Source of the DNA: Haliotis cracherodii
Taxonomy: Eukaryota
Assembly (NCBI RefSeq): GCF_022045235.1
Contig: NW_027266319.1
Coordinates: forward strand, 42,532,001-42,596,000
DNA length: 64,000 bases
Direction: 5' to 3'
Each line of letters starts with the position of its first letter. Position 1 is the first letter of the stretch. Positions 49,545 through 62,933 of the stretch are shown here, piece after piece. The translations under genes and the position numbers were made by a program. The notes beneath the pieces are model-generated. The model worked only from the letters and a program-made list of their open reading frames with translations, did not search any database and was not told where the DNA came from.

Positions 49545-49695
49545 TAACCTCCGCCTAAACAAAGTTTGGCTTGGGGTACAGAAACAGGCTCCATCCGCCT
49601 GGAGCATAACTAAAGGCTCAACATTTTGTCATTAAACTTTGTATACACATCAGGTATGCCTTTTGTTACTTCTGTATTTCTAAGGCAATAACATG
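49545..49695 (+). mobile_element. Degenerate fragment of the Helentron-like/satellite family
   Basis: ttattaacctccgcc..ggggtacagaaacaggctccatccg..ggagcataact..aaacttt..tgcctttt resembles 563-760 and 62934-63110. Confidence 0.5.
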
Positions 49696-51130
49696 TTGCC
49701 AAATAATACACTCATTTCAACTATAAACTTATAAAACATTCAATAGTATACAAATAATTACTCTTGATGAGGTCAATATGAGAAAAGAAGGACCCAAGGC
49801 CCTGACCCCCCAAGGTGGCCAGACCACCGAAGGGGTCAGTCCTTCGCATATTACCCTCCTCAAAAGCAATCATGTGTTTTGTTATCCTGAAATATTACAT
49901 TTATGAAGCATTTAAACCATCCTCTGTTTCATTACAGTAACTTAGCTATAAACCTAAAAACCATGTAAATGTCAGTTTACCACAAGCCATCCAGCAGATG
50001 AGTGAATATTCATCACATGACAGGTCAATACTGATCTTTTGACGGGTTAATGTTTCAGGTCACAGTCAGTAACGGGATTTGGGGGTCTACATTCAAATGT
50101 ATTGTTGCATCACATGATACGGATGAACCAGTGGAATGGCATTCTGAATAGAGGTTTTAACGAGGTTTTAACAAGTCTTGATGAAAGTTTGTAAGCACCT
50201 CAGATATCATACCTCCCTGTTGGAAGTCTAGGTTAAAATAGGTTCCCAGCTATCTGTGCTTGTTTTGTGAGGCCTCTGGATCGGGTGGTGAGGCTTGTTG
50301 ACTTGTTGACTTGTCAGAGACAGAGAGGGATGTTCCACATGATGTAGACTAACACTCGGAAAACATGTCATTTTGATAGAAACAAACAACTACATATAAA
50401 CTGAAAAGGAGCCCCAGTGAGATGGGAGATTCAGAACCTTGGAAAAAAGGAAAATTTGCTTTATTTAGGACTGGCTATAGCATTATTGTAAGGGCTGGAC
50501 GAAAGGGAAAATAATATCTATCAGGGACTGCGAGACAGACTGCTCATAATGCAGTGTTGATTGAAAAACAGAGTATCGTACATCAATTCACGAACTGTTT
50601 TATATTGTTGCTATTTCATATGGAATTATGATTTTGATTTTTGAAAACATTGTAAGCGACATGGCTTTGAAAGTAAAAGTTCGATCTGTTGAAACACTGT
50701 GACCATTACTAATTCATGTCATGAGAATGTATAGGAAGTATATAAAGAATAGAGGGAATTATTTGGTTAAGTCTTATCAGTCAACAGTTTTGGTATGATG
50801 AGAGATATGACTTAAATTAAATGTACACATTTTTTGTGTGATTTTCTGCACATATTTAGGACAAGATATCGATGACAATGTGTTGATCTGTCATTTGTTT
50901 GGGCCATCTTTTAACATCTTTACGACATGGCCATGGTATCAAACTACCAACCTTCCACTCTCCAGGTAGATGCTCTATCCACTGGACCATGGATGAATAT
51001 ACTGGGCCACCTTACATGGTGATGGTTTGTGACACACTTCAGCCAGCTGTTACAACCTTGTGTCAGGCATTGCATCACACAAATATATTACCTAGGCCAT
51101 GCTGTTCTTCTATTTATGTAGACAATCAGA

Positions 51131-51396
51131 TGCTGGCCTAGAACATGTTAGGTAGGCTGACCATGTACCGGTACTGCTGGCGTAGAACATGTTAGGTAGG
51201 CTGACCACGTACCGGTACTGCTGGCGTAGAACGTGTTAGGTAGGCTGACCATGTACCGGTACTGCTGGCGTAGAACATGTTAGGAAGGCTGACCACGTAC
51301 TGGTACTGCTGGCGTAGAACGTGTTAGGTAGGCTGACCACGTACCGGTACTGCTTGCGTAGAACATGTTAGGAAGGCTGACTATGTACTGGTACTG
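51131..51396. repeat. 44-bp minisatellite, 6 copies
   Basis: Unit tgctggcgtagaacatgttaggtaggctgaccatgtaccggtac. Confidence 0.95.
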
Positions 51397-52764
51397 TTGT
51401 GTTGGTCATCTACCCACTACAACTACACCTCGGTTAAAACGCTGATCATCTTTTACACTCATCAATTATTTGGACCCCAAAGGTAGCGCTGTAGCGAGGG
51501 ATCACTGTACATGTATATATTTATATGTATAAATAAGTGATTTCTTCGGGTGCATGAGCATTAAATATACACGTCCAGACATTTGTGCTTGTCAAAACTC
51601 ATTGCTGCACACATGTGTAACATGAATATGGGTATAGAGTTCTGGGGGTTGTGAAATATAAAGAGGATATGTGGCATTTCTTATAAAATGACATGTTTAT
51701 ATCATCAAGAGACCTGAGAAGTTGGAATATCCATGAGTGGGGCAGATCAATACATGAGATTAACAGGTCATTGACATAAATAGACGTGTGGTCCAGTTTA
51801 TTTTGTAGTTTCTTCCTGATCTTGTTGATGTTTCTCTGAAAACCACAGTGTCATTGATGCAGAGTGAAAGTATAGTTGGGCATTAAGTGTTATGTTACTC
51901 AAGTGAAAAGTCACTTTTATAGTTTGAAACATATATAGTATATCCATAATAAAGTGCTTTATTGTTTATCATCATATTGAATTAACATAATTAATGAAGT
52001 CCTCAGTCACCACCATGCAATCACCATCAAGCGGGAAAGAATGATAAATTATTGTGTTTTATTGCAAGCTGTTAGCCTGTAGTAACGCTTAGACTGACTG
52101 CCATGTATGTCTCACCTCAGTTTTATTCAATGATGAATAATGCACCAATAGCTGATTGAGGAATGGCATCAGGTTGACAACTTACGTATGCATCCATGCA
52201 AGTCTTCACCAGCAGCCTGACATAGACTATAGACACAATGAAGCCATCAACTCCTAAATGTTAATGTAAATGTGTACCTGCAAGATGGAAGTATAATTTA
52301 TCCCCTTATGTTTGGGTTAATGACATAGACTTTTGGGTGAAGACAGAATATTTATGACAATGACTTAATTACTGTGAGAATCTAAGTGCCAGTGGTCTGA
52401 AGTCGGATGGAAGTGGTTCTGTGAGGACAACAGTTATAACATCTGTAATGGCCCCCTTTGCATGTTCCCCTGAAACCAGGAAACATAATTAGAGCAAATT
52501 TGGACCCATGATCATAGGTTTCTGGCAAGCCCAAGTTACACAACTTTGCAAAATGACGCCTGTGCCCCCTTATTGCATTGCATGTATAGGAATGATATAG
52601 CGCTGTTTCAGTGGATGCATGATTAGTAAGCCATTTTTCCACTGTGGCCAGAAGTGAAGAAACCTGAGGATTTATTAATTGTATGAAAACTGTCGATATC
52701 ATGTCATACCAACATTATCCTGTCAGCTTTTTGCAACAGTGTTTCCCTTCAATGACAAAGTCCT

Positions 52765-53125
52765 GGCCTGCCTCCGTGGTCTAGTGTTAGAGCCTCCGCC
52801 TGGAGAGCAGAAGGTTGGGGGTTCGATCTCCAGCTACATCATACCAAAAGATGTTTAATGATGGAACTTGTTGTTACCCTGTCTGGCGCTTGGCATTAAG
52901 GGACTAAAACAAGCACTAGTGGGCTCGGAGTCAGTATACTGTGTCTGAGTGGGATACTCATGTTAAACTGCAGCATGGTATCTCAGTGGGCTAACACTAT
53001 AAATTCAGCATTAGTACAGACTAGTACAAACAGGCACACACGCATGCACGCACATGTGCATGCAACATCACAATATGAGTGCAATAATCTTGAACAAGAC
53101 GTTAAACCCCATATCACCTCACCTC
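52765..53125 (+). mobile_element. SINE family B, full length (tRNA head + Meta-like core)
   Basis: A-box tggtctagtg, B-box ggttcgatctc, core catcataccaaaagatgtttaatgatggaac..ggcgcttggcattaaggg, (acctc)n tail; gtcctggc near both ends. Confidence 0.9.
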
Positions 53126-53135
53126 ATAAGGGTCC

Positions 53136-54624
53136 TGGCATGTACTGACTGATCAACAAAGGGAGGCCTTCTCTCTCTGTGATCCCAGCTATACTCTGGC
53201 ATGTACTGACTGGTCAACACAGGGAGGCCTTCTCTCTGTGTGATCCCAGCTATACTCTGGCATCTACTGACTGGTCAACACAGGGAGGCCTTCTCTCTCT
53301 GTGGTCCCAGCTATACTCTGGCATGTACTGACTGGTCAACACAGGGAGGCCTTCTCTCTGTGTGATCCCAGCTATACTCCGGCAATGGTACTGACTGGTC
53401 AACACAGGGAGGCCTTCTCTCTCTGTGGTCCCATCTATACTCTGGCAATGGTACTGACTGGTCAACACAGGGAGGCCTTTTCTTTCTGTGGTCCCATCTA
53501 TACTCTGGCAATGGTACTGACTGGTCAACACAGGGAGGCCTTCTCTCTCTGTGGTCCCATCTATACTCTGGCAATGGTACTGACTGGTCAACACAGGGAA
53601 GCCTTCTCTTTCTGTGATCCCAGCTATACTCTGGCATCTACTGACTGGTCAACACAGGGAGGCCTTCTCTCTCTGTGGTCCCAGCTATACTCTGGCATGT
53701 ACTGACTGGTCAACACAGGGAGGCCTTCTCTCTCTGTGGTCCCAGCTATACTCTGGCATCTACTGACTGGTCAACACAGGGAGGCCTTCTCTCTCTGTGA
53801 TCCCAGCTATACTCTGGCATGTACTGACTGGTCAACACAGGGAGGCCTTCTCTCTCTGTGATCCCAGCTATGCTCTGGCAATGGTACTGACCGGTCAACA
53901 CAGGGAGGCCTTCTCTCTCTGTGATCCCAGCTATACTCTGGCATGTACTGACTGGTCAACACAGGGAGGCCTTCTCATTCTGTGATCCTAGCTATACTAA
54001 ATGGCATGTACTGACTGGTAAACACAGGGAGGCCTTCTCTCTGTGTGATCCCAGCTATACTTTGGCATGTACTGACTGGTCAACACAGGGAGGCCTTCTT
54101 TCTCTGTGATCCCAGCTATACTCTGGCAATGGTACTGACTGGTCAACACAGGGAGGCCTTCTCTCTCTGTGGTCCCAGCTATAATCTGGCATGTACTGAC
54201 TGGTCAACACAGGGAGGCCTTCTCTCTGTGTGGTCCCAGCTATACTCTGGCAATGGTACTGACTGGTCAACACAGGGAGGCCTTCTCTCTGTGTGATCCC
54301 AGCTATACCCTGTCATCTTCAGACGGTGCACACACAGGGAGGCCTTCTCATTCTGTGGTCCCAGCTATACTCTGGCATCTACTGATGGTGCAGACACAGG
54401 GAGGCCTTCTCTCTCTGTGATCACAGCTATACCCTGTCATCTTCAGACGGTGCACACACAGGGAGGCCTTCTCATTCTGTGGTCCCAGCTATACTCTGGC
54501 ATCTACTGACGGTGCAGACACAGGGAGGCCTTCTCTCTCTGTGATCACAGCTATACCCTGTCATCTTCAGATGGTGCACACACAGGGAGGCCTTCTCTCT
54601 CTGTGGTCCAAGCTGTACTCTGGC
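53136..54624. repeat. 61/63-bp minisatellite, ~24 copies, starting at the 3' flank of the SINE
   Basis: Unit ctggcatgtactgactggtcaacacagggaggccttctctctctgtgatcccagctatact; a variant type occupies the distal end. Confidence 0.96.
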
Positions 54625-54942
54625 TAATCTGATATAATGGCGGGGTGAGATTCACCAGAACTGCAAGTCTGTTGACTACTGTGAATGCAATGATGTATGA
54701 TTTTGCTCATCAATTTGTAGCCCGCAGGTACTGATAGGCCAGGGAAGCCTCTCAAATGCTTTCCCCTTTAGAACCCATGCTTAGTACACAGCTGTAATGT
54801 TGTATCAGTCTAGTTATGTGAACAGAGAGCTTGTGTGTGTGTGAATGAAAAGAGCTTCATGATGAAAGGAACTGTATTGCAGACACTAGTTTCAGTAATA
54901 TAGTTTCAGCTGTACCAGTGATATTGTCTCCATATTCATCAA

Positions 54943-55105
54943 GGGGCAGTCGGGTAGCCTAGTGGTTAAAGCGTTTGCTTGTCACGCCGAAGACCGAGGT
55001 TCGATTCCTGACATGGGTACAATGTGTACAGCCCATTTCTGGTGTCCCCCGCCGTGATATTACTGGAATATTGCTAAAAGCGACGTGAAACCATACACAC
55101 TCACT
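54943..55105 (+). mobile_element. Short SINE family C with tRNA-Asp-like head
   Basis: A-box tagcctagtgg, cttgtcacg anticodon-loop remnant, B-box ggttcgattcc, tail shared with family A; 12-bp TSD catattcatcaa / catgttcatcaa. Confidence 0.9.
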
Positions 55106-57138
55106 CATGTTCATCAAACATTTGTAATAGGTTTGTTCAGTGATAAATAGCTGTCTTTTGGTAAACTGCTGGGAAATAAATAAGTGTACTTGTATTTGTA
55201 TAATTGTCTAAAGTTTGAGCCAAGGGATACAATGCAGTGTTTGCGTTGTTCTCCAAAATAATGGGTACTATCTAGGGGGCGTTTAGGGGCATGCCCCCCA
55301 CAGGAAATTTTGTTAAATGTGGACCTGAAATGGTGAACTTGAGGCCATTCTGAGCATAAATAAGTGTATGGTTAAAATCTTTAAGTGTCAGTTTTTATGT
55401 GTGTACACAAAACATCTCAGAATCTGTATAGATTAGCCACTTGACTCTTTCAACAGCTGTGACACCTGTGACACTGAGTTCCTGGGGACTCTCATGTGAT
55501 AGATGTAGCCAACATTTATCAAGGAAAATATTTGCTTGTAAAACATAGTACTGCACCATGACTGTGGAATATATTTATTTTATGAAAACAACACCAATCT
55601 AGAAACATATACAAAAGCAAGTCTAGCCAGCTCTAGCTAGGAAATCAGCATAGGGAAAATTATTTATTTATTTTTAGAGTTGAGAAGGGTATTGTGTAAT
55701 ATGAAAATCATAAAATCCACTTACCTATTTCTTTTTTATTTTCATTGTTTACGTGATCAGAAAAGAATTTTAAAAATAATTGTCAGTAGAATCTGTCATC
55801 ACCAATTTCCCGATAACAGTGGCTGTCCGCTCAGTAACATGAAGAAATACGTCCGTTTTCAGAGCTTCGAATTAGAAAGCTTATTTTTTCATCTACACAA
55901 ACCTCGCCCAGAGTCTTTTCGTAGCTGTAACATGCTTTCTTGCCAATATCTGCTACGAGGGTGGTGATTGGTCAAACTAGAGCACATGACCTATTGCTGT
56001 CAATCAAATTACAGCAATGCTACCTGTGTAATGAATTTAAGATTTTGGTGAAAGGTTTTTGTTATTCTGAAAGTTTCAAGCAGGAAACTCACGATCTATA
56101 TTAAACACATGGAACTTCATGGATGTATCGTGCTAGGTTAGGAGCTGTGACGAAGGTTTTTCAGGCATATTGGAAACATCGTATCCTAGCCGAGAAATCG
56201 AGGCGCCGAAAGCCGAGATGACATTTGACTAACATTACACGCGATCACATGAAAACATGGAAATAATAACTTAGCTGTAAGTTTGACAACTTATAGATAC
56301 ATTTTGGTTGATTTTATTTATTATTTTGTATACTATATTTAAAGATTTGCAAGAAACGTCTTTATTTTGCTCTTGGACATTTTCAATCTGGACCCGTTGT
56401 CGAAGTGTGTGTCAGAGAATTTTACTTTCAATAACATCGAGGGAAATAGTGATTAATTTTTAATCTATCAATAAAATATGATAAATTGAAATGGAATACG
56501 TATTTCAGACATTGTGAAATGTGATAGATTTGATAAATGAATGATATGACAGGTAAGTTCATAAAATTATATAGATCTACCCTCTATTTTGATGTGACCA
56601 CGGCTTGGCCGGTCTACTGGCCTACTGTGTATTAATTGGCTCTTTAAGCGAACTTTCTAGAAACCTATTTTTCTTTTGACAAGGTTTCGGCGATGCCATT
56701 TGGACCTTAGTCCTTGACATTGACAAAATACTGTTAACAAGGTCTGCGATTGGCTTCTGTTTCTATTTCCGTTTTGTAAACCAATCAGCGATGCCATTAC
56801 GGACACAACATGGAAGAGAAACGTCATCAGATACCTCTCCGTTTCCCACATTCAGACCGAAATCTGGCTAGCGCCAGAACCCAGCGAATATTGGATACAC
56901 ATTATCGCATGGGTTTGGGGAGCAAGAGAAACACGAAACAAAACAACAATAAGTTATGAGTGAAGTGAACATTTTTTCAGAATGAAAAACGCGTGAGGGG
57001 ACACGTGTATATTGGGTTTTTTTGCGTCCTGTTTTTTTTCAGTGTGTATTTTTGTATATTGGACGCCGTAAACACAAACACTACAATGGATCCCCAGTAT
57101 TGTATGACAGGCATTTCTTAGAAGTTGACGGATGACAA

Positions 57139-57313
57139 AGTAGATAAAAATGTGTTTTGGATAACAACTTCTTTGTTACACTACAGTTGCGATGTTTTGG
57201 TATAGTTTCTTGTATCGTTGTCAAGTGAAACTGATTCTGTATCAAATGTATTTAAAAACATCGCAATTTCAGTATAAGAAAGAAGTTGTTACCCATAAAT
57301 ATTTTTGTCTATT
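57139..57313. mobile_element. Palindromic MITE-like element with ~60-bp arms
   Basis: ..ggataacaacttctttgttacactacagttgcgatgtttt / aaaacatcgcaatttcagtataagaaagaagttgttaccca.. inverted arms. Confidence 0.7.
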
Positions 57314-57334
57314 TTAGGTCCCTAGTCATCTGTG

Positions 57335-57510
57335 CTGGACGTAAGAGGCAACATAACTGGTTGGTCAGGTTCCGTGAATTAGTTGACAATGTGACATTTT
57401 TAAAAAGATAGCAGAGATTGTTGCTCATAATATCAATCACTGATTTGTCTGGTCCAGACTCAATTATTTACAGGCTGCTGTCGTATGGCTGGAATATTGC
57501 CAGAGTGAGA
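57335..57510 (+). mobile_element. SINE family D (Nin/Deu-like) fragment
   Basis: cgtaagaggcaac..ggtcaggttc..caatcactgatttgtctggtccagactcaattatttacag shared with 63561-63764. Confidence 0.75.
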
Positions 57511-60082
57511 CACAAACATTGTGATGTATTCTGTGAAAGACATTGACCTCAGGGAGTGACCTTTGTGCCAGCTAACTGATTATCAATATTGTGTCATCCT
57601 GTCTGCGCCACTGGCCATAATTTATCTGTTGTGTTTGACAGAGAGGAGACCGTTGTACACTGGCTCTGGACAGAAACTCAAGTGTACCAACACTGGAGAT
57701 CAGTAAAACCTATATAATGTGATGAAGTAATATGGACTGACGTACAGTAATCACTGTGTTTGTATGTAAATTGGTGACATGTGACAAATCTAGATGCTCC
57801 ACACTGTAGCTGGTGCATATAAAACGGCTACAGATTGTTATTGGGGTCAGTAGCAAATAGTGGCCAGAGGTTGCTGACCGTGTTACATCACCATCAAGTT
57901 GATCCACGGTGCAGGTCAACACACCTGCCAGGAGAAAGAAGGAATCATGTATATTTACTTTGAAAGTGAATTGGTAAATGACTTACTTCAATAGGCTGTG
58001 TGAACTTATAATAAGGCCCATGACCTTTATCGGACAATGTTATCCCAAGGGTAACTAAATCTACACATCAAGTTCGACATAAGTGCAATGTTACGTCACT
58101 GATTACCAGATGTCCCCTCGGGCTAAGATTGAGATGTTGGCCGTGTTTGAGAAGTGGTGCCTTGGGCTGTGTGCTGCACCATACTTTTACCTGCTAAAAC
58201 AGTCCATACTCTTGTGTGTAGACATCGCTTGTCATCACCAAAACAAATCAGGACATCACAATAGACACTTATTAATGCTGACCTCAGTGGCTTGGAGCTT
58301 CCCAATCCTTTATAGGTGTGTGCCTGAAGGCAGTCGGAAGTCTACGCAGGATATGCATACATTACACCTGTCAGCTAAGAAATGACGTTCATATTTTCAT
58401 ACATCACCCATGACAATTACTATCCTGTGGTAGGCACTGGACCTGTACCCCTGTCTAGGTTGACATCAGTTGAGGAGAGAGAGATTGTCCACTCTATTAT
58501 CTGACAGTCACTGGACAACACAGGTATTCCACTCTTACCTGACAGTCGTCCAGCTTTCACGGCAGTCACACACTTTAACACAGGAGTACACTAGCAGCAA
58601 CTACCATCATAATGAGAGACCATAGTGTTTGTAAGTATCCAGGGTGTGGTACCAGTGCCCCACACAATACACACATTGTACATTGAGTGGTCTAAGCTAA
58701 CCTGTAATTCAGAATCTGTGTTTCTTAAAAAAAAAAAAAATGTTTTTGAATGTCTGTTTTCATCAAACACTGCAAGAAGTTTCAATCATTCTTCACAATG
58801 CTTCTAATGCTTCTTGATGCCATTGTGTTTGTCTTGTGAGCCACTCACACATTGCCCTGCGTTTATTCATCCTTGTCTGGTGGCAGGTTGGCTCTGTGTC
58901 TCAGCTACCTGCTGTAGAGGAAGAGGTGCATACACCTCTCCATGTCAGGTCACACAGAGTTGGTTATTGTTATTATTCTGTAACCTGTTCCTTTCAGTTG
59001 TGTTGTAAGACAGTAGACATCAGTGACCTATTTACTTTTTCAGCATATGCATTGAATGATAGTATACTTATGTTTCCCAACAAGAGCCTTTTTCAAATCA
59101 TATCAGTACATATCCACACAAGATCTGATATGTAACCTCGTTTTTGTTCATGATGCATACTTTGAATATAGCTTGGCCTTAGTTTGAGGACATTGTCCCT
59201 CTTTCTATGTAAAGATATATGGCTAGAGAATATTGGGGATAATAGCTTGATAGTTATAAATATACTGACATTTGCTTCAAAGACAAGACAAGCTTGGAAA
59301 ATGATGGCGTCTCTACAAGAAATCATATGGCAGCCAATTTCCTCTGTACATAGCAGGAAGCCCGACACATGTAATGACCGTGAATTGTGTCCTCTGCCGG
59401 CTGGCATAGGCTACCTCCCTTCTGCCAAGGTGAAACCAATGACGCTGCCTGTCACACACAAATAAACCTGTCCTCATCTTTCCACCTCTCTGTCTCCTAA
59501 GTCAGAGTATTTGTCATGCCTGACAGTTCCGTCCTGCAGAGCATGTAGACTAACTGCTTGAGGCATCTCCTGCCCACTAGAATTAATTACACAGAGACCC
59601 CTAGGTTATGCAGTTCCTACAGGACCTAAACCTGTGTTGGAATTATGTTTAAAGTTTCTTATACAGTAATTAGACTCAATTTGTCCATATTAGGGATATA
59701 TCAGCAGCTTGAATGTACACTTGAGACCAGACATTTTGAGTCATGGCCTTCTATTGTATGAATAGTGATGGTGAAAAAAAGAAGATCTTTCTATGTTTAT
59801 AGTGAACTATGCTATTTTTGACAGGCCTCTCTGACAAACCAAAGCTACGTGTTGTTTTTCTTGCCAATGTACAGGGGTCCCTTATTTCAAGACACTTTGA
59901 TCTGCTTAAAGCAGACAGAATTAAATACATCTAACAAAATGTCAAGGATTTGAGGATTTAATCACATCTTGATAAAGAACCCAACAAAATCCAATCTAAT
60001 GGAAATGTCAGTGAATGTGAAGTAAATTAGCAGGTTTGCTTTTCTGGGATGTAAATTTTTATGGCTCTTATTTGTTTTTCAG

Positions 60083-60141
60083 CATCCTACACAGGCAGCT
60101 CATCTGATGAAGAAGATATCAGTCCAAGAGAGAAACCTCAG
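60083..60141 (+). CDS. AHCYL1: IRBIT/AHCYL common exon encoding the second half of the serine-rich region (xSYTGSSSDEEDISPREKPQ)
   Basis: Acceptor ttatttgtttttcag|, donor CAG|GTAAGT (phase 1 to phase 0); matches vertebrate IRBIT ASYTDSSDDEVSPREKQQ. Confidence 0.93.
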
Positions 60142-60625
60142 GTAAGTAAACCCATTGGTTATACTCATGTCTCAATTTGGGGTCATGAAACTATCATTTT
60201 TAAATGTAATATTTTGCCTTCCCACAACATGGAATTGCCAAATATCTGACCCTTGTGAAATAATGTTGAAAGTACCGTGCCCAGTTTGGAACTTACAAAA
60301 TGAACATTTGGAACACATAATCAGTTTGGTTTCTAAGTGTTACATGCCTTCGTCATTGTGGACTCTTGTTTGATACTGTAGATACTAGCCTTAATATGTT
60401 TGGATTGATAGGGATTTCCATCTGTAGAGATCATGTCCAGTGTCACTCAGAGAGGAATCTAGCAAATCGTTAGAAGTAGGTCAGTTGTTTTCATGGCATT
60501 TAATTTTCAAATTTCCACAATGCTTGTAAGAGTATGTCCAATTCAGTTATAAATATGATCAGTTTGAGTGGACCGAATCACCAACATCTCTGAACCCAGA
60601 CATGCCATCAATGAAAGCTGTAGCT

Positions 60626-61116
60626 CATCTTCCCGAGGCAAGCATATCTGCTAGCTTATATCAAAGCCTAGTTTCTACCCTTGCCACATCAAGGCCACTT
60701 TTCTTGGCTCGACCCTGGCGCCTCCTTGCATGAATCATGAGTTGTGCCTCTTGTAATGAAAACGTGATATCCAATCAGATCACTGTTCTTATCTTGTATA
60801 CCGGTAGCTTCACAAAGATGGCGACTACCATAGGCGACGACCTAGTTGATCACATAACAAAAACATAGGCAATTGTTTGGGGGTTTAAAAAATGAAAAAG
60901 ACATATTTGTGTCAACAAAGGCAGGCAGTGGTAAATCACTTTCATATGAAGGTGTACCAGTCATTGATGTTGATTTTGTGAAACATTTTCTTATTGGACT
61001 ATAGATATGTGGGATAGTCCTATCATATTTAGCACAGGAAAGTGGGCTTGATGTGGCAAGGGTGGAAACAAGACTTTGATAAAAAGGCTAGTGGACACTC
61101 TTGCCTCAGGAAGATG
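60626..61116. mobile_element. Mutator-type MITE with ~85-bp TIRs and perfect 9-bp TSD
   Basis: TIR catcttcccgaggcaag.. / ..cttgcctcaggaagatg; gctgtagct at 60617-60625 and 61117-61125. Confidence 0.9.
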
Positions 61117-61465
61117 GCTGTAGCTGAATTTACAAGATGAATGGATAAATGAATTTGAAAAACCAATTCAGTACATATGAGTACCGGTAGTTTTGATTAA
61201 TGCTTAGCACCCAGAAGGTGAAGGTAATATTCCAATTAACATTGATTTCGGGCACATGGAAGTAATTGGTAATGAAAGTACCTCTGATACAGCAGGGAAC
61301 ATTTGTCAACCTACCTACCTTGGTATACTTGACAAATATGTGATATATTTGCTCAACACTGAATACCATCTGGCCATGTTAAAAATGCTGTAATACAAGG
61401 CTCCTGGTAGCATCTCTCCATTAACATTCTGAGGAAGAACAGATTTAAAGAACCATCATGTCATA

Positions 61466-61621
61466 CAGGGTTAGAAACTAACAGTTTTTGTCCACTGGTG
61501 CTTATAATGATAACATATAGCAAAACCCTTAAAATGGGCCAATTTCTACTAGTCCTTAGGATACCTTTACTATTGGGCAGTTTGGTAAGGACTACAGGAC
61601 TAGTGCCAATATCTAAAGCTG
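61466..61621 (-). mobile_element. hAT-like MITE, inverted copy of 4200-4355
   Basis: Ends cagggttagaaact / atatctaaagctg; (g)tcata duplicated at both flanks. Confidence 0.75.
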
Positions 61622-61727
61622 TCATAAGAGGTGACTGAAATGGAGATGAAATGGGAAAATGTATGGCCTGGTTGATTCTGTGCCATCATACATGACTGGC
61701 TTGTCCATGGATGGTATCCCCCAGTGC

Positions 61728-62310
61728 TTCGGCTGCCATGGCACAGCTGTGACAAAATATTTACTGGCTGCCATGATACGGCTATGACACAATATTTACC
61801 AGGTGCTCTGACACAATATTACCGGTTGCTATGATACAGCTGTGACACAATATTTACCGGCTGCCATGATACAGCTGTGACACAATATTTACCGGATGCT
61901 CAGACACAATATCACCGGCTGCCAGGATACAGCTGTGACACAATATTACCGGGTGCCATGGTACAGCTGTGACACCATATATACCGGGTGCTGTGACAAA
62001 GCTGTGACACAATATTACCGGGAGCTATAATACAGCTGTGACACAATATTTACCGGCTGCCATGATACAGCTGTGACACAATATGTAACGGGTGCTCAGA
62101 CACAATATTACCGGGTGTCATGATACAGCTGTGACACAATATTACCGACTGCCATGATACAGCTGTGACACAATATTTACCGGGTGTCACCACACAGCTG
62201 TGACACAATATTTATCGGGTGTCATAACACAGCTGTGACACAATATTTACTGACTGCCATGACACAGCTGTGACACAATGTTTACCAGGTGTCATAACAC
62301 AGCTGCCACA
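61728..62310. repeat. Degenerate ~34-bp minisatellite (ggctgccatgatacagctgtgacacaatattacc) with shorter variants
   Basis: Recurrent cagctgtgacacaatatt motif. Confidence 0.9.
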
Positions 62311-62933
62311 GGTTACTGAGTAGTGGAAAACCCATTTCCCTGACACTTCTGTCAACATACTGTTCATTCCCTGCCATGAAATATTCCTTATTAGGAGACA
62401 GATGCTGCGTTTTGGATACATCCCCCTGCCATCATGTCAGTTCTGTGCTCCCTCATTCAGATGCAGGGTTTATGTACACCTACACCAGGAGGCCCTGCTT
62501 CAGGCAAACCTACACTTGCAGTTACATGGAAATACTCATAACTTCAATTTGTGTCGAAAAGGAATGATATTCTCAATAGAACTTATCAGTGTATCACTAT
62601 GAACATTTCTCTATCATATCAAAACATTGCAAATTGACTTAATTACATGCTTGGAAGTCTGTACCCAAACCACCCATAAAAAGTTTGCATTAAGAAATCT
62701 TTTGGTAGCTTTGAAATAAATCTTTTGAAATGAGCATCACAATCACATGTGTGAAATAGTCAGATCATGATCAGGAAACTTCATAACTAAATCCTTTTCT
62801 TCTGCTATTACCACTTGTACCATGTTAGAGCTATCCGGGACAGCACAATATTTCATGTACGATGCAGTCGTCTGGGGCCTTCAACAATACATATATGCAT
62901 AAAAGTCCTTAATTATAGAAAATATTAAAGAAT

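Noticed and set aside
54943-55015. tRNA-Asp gene
   Set aside because: No proper acceptor stem; followed by a SINE tail and flanked by a TSD, so it is a SINE head.
57641-57702. Good acceptor tgtttgacag followed by an open frame
   Set aside because: No phase-1 donor before the stop, so it cannot be a frame-preserving cassette.
59301-59370. Further phase-1 first exon MMASLQEIIWQPISSVHSRKPDT
   Set aside because: Donor CAT|GTAATG is weak and there is no other support; compatible with chance.
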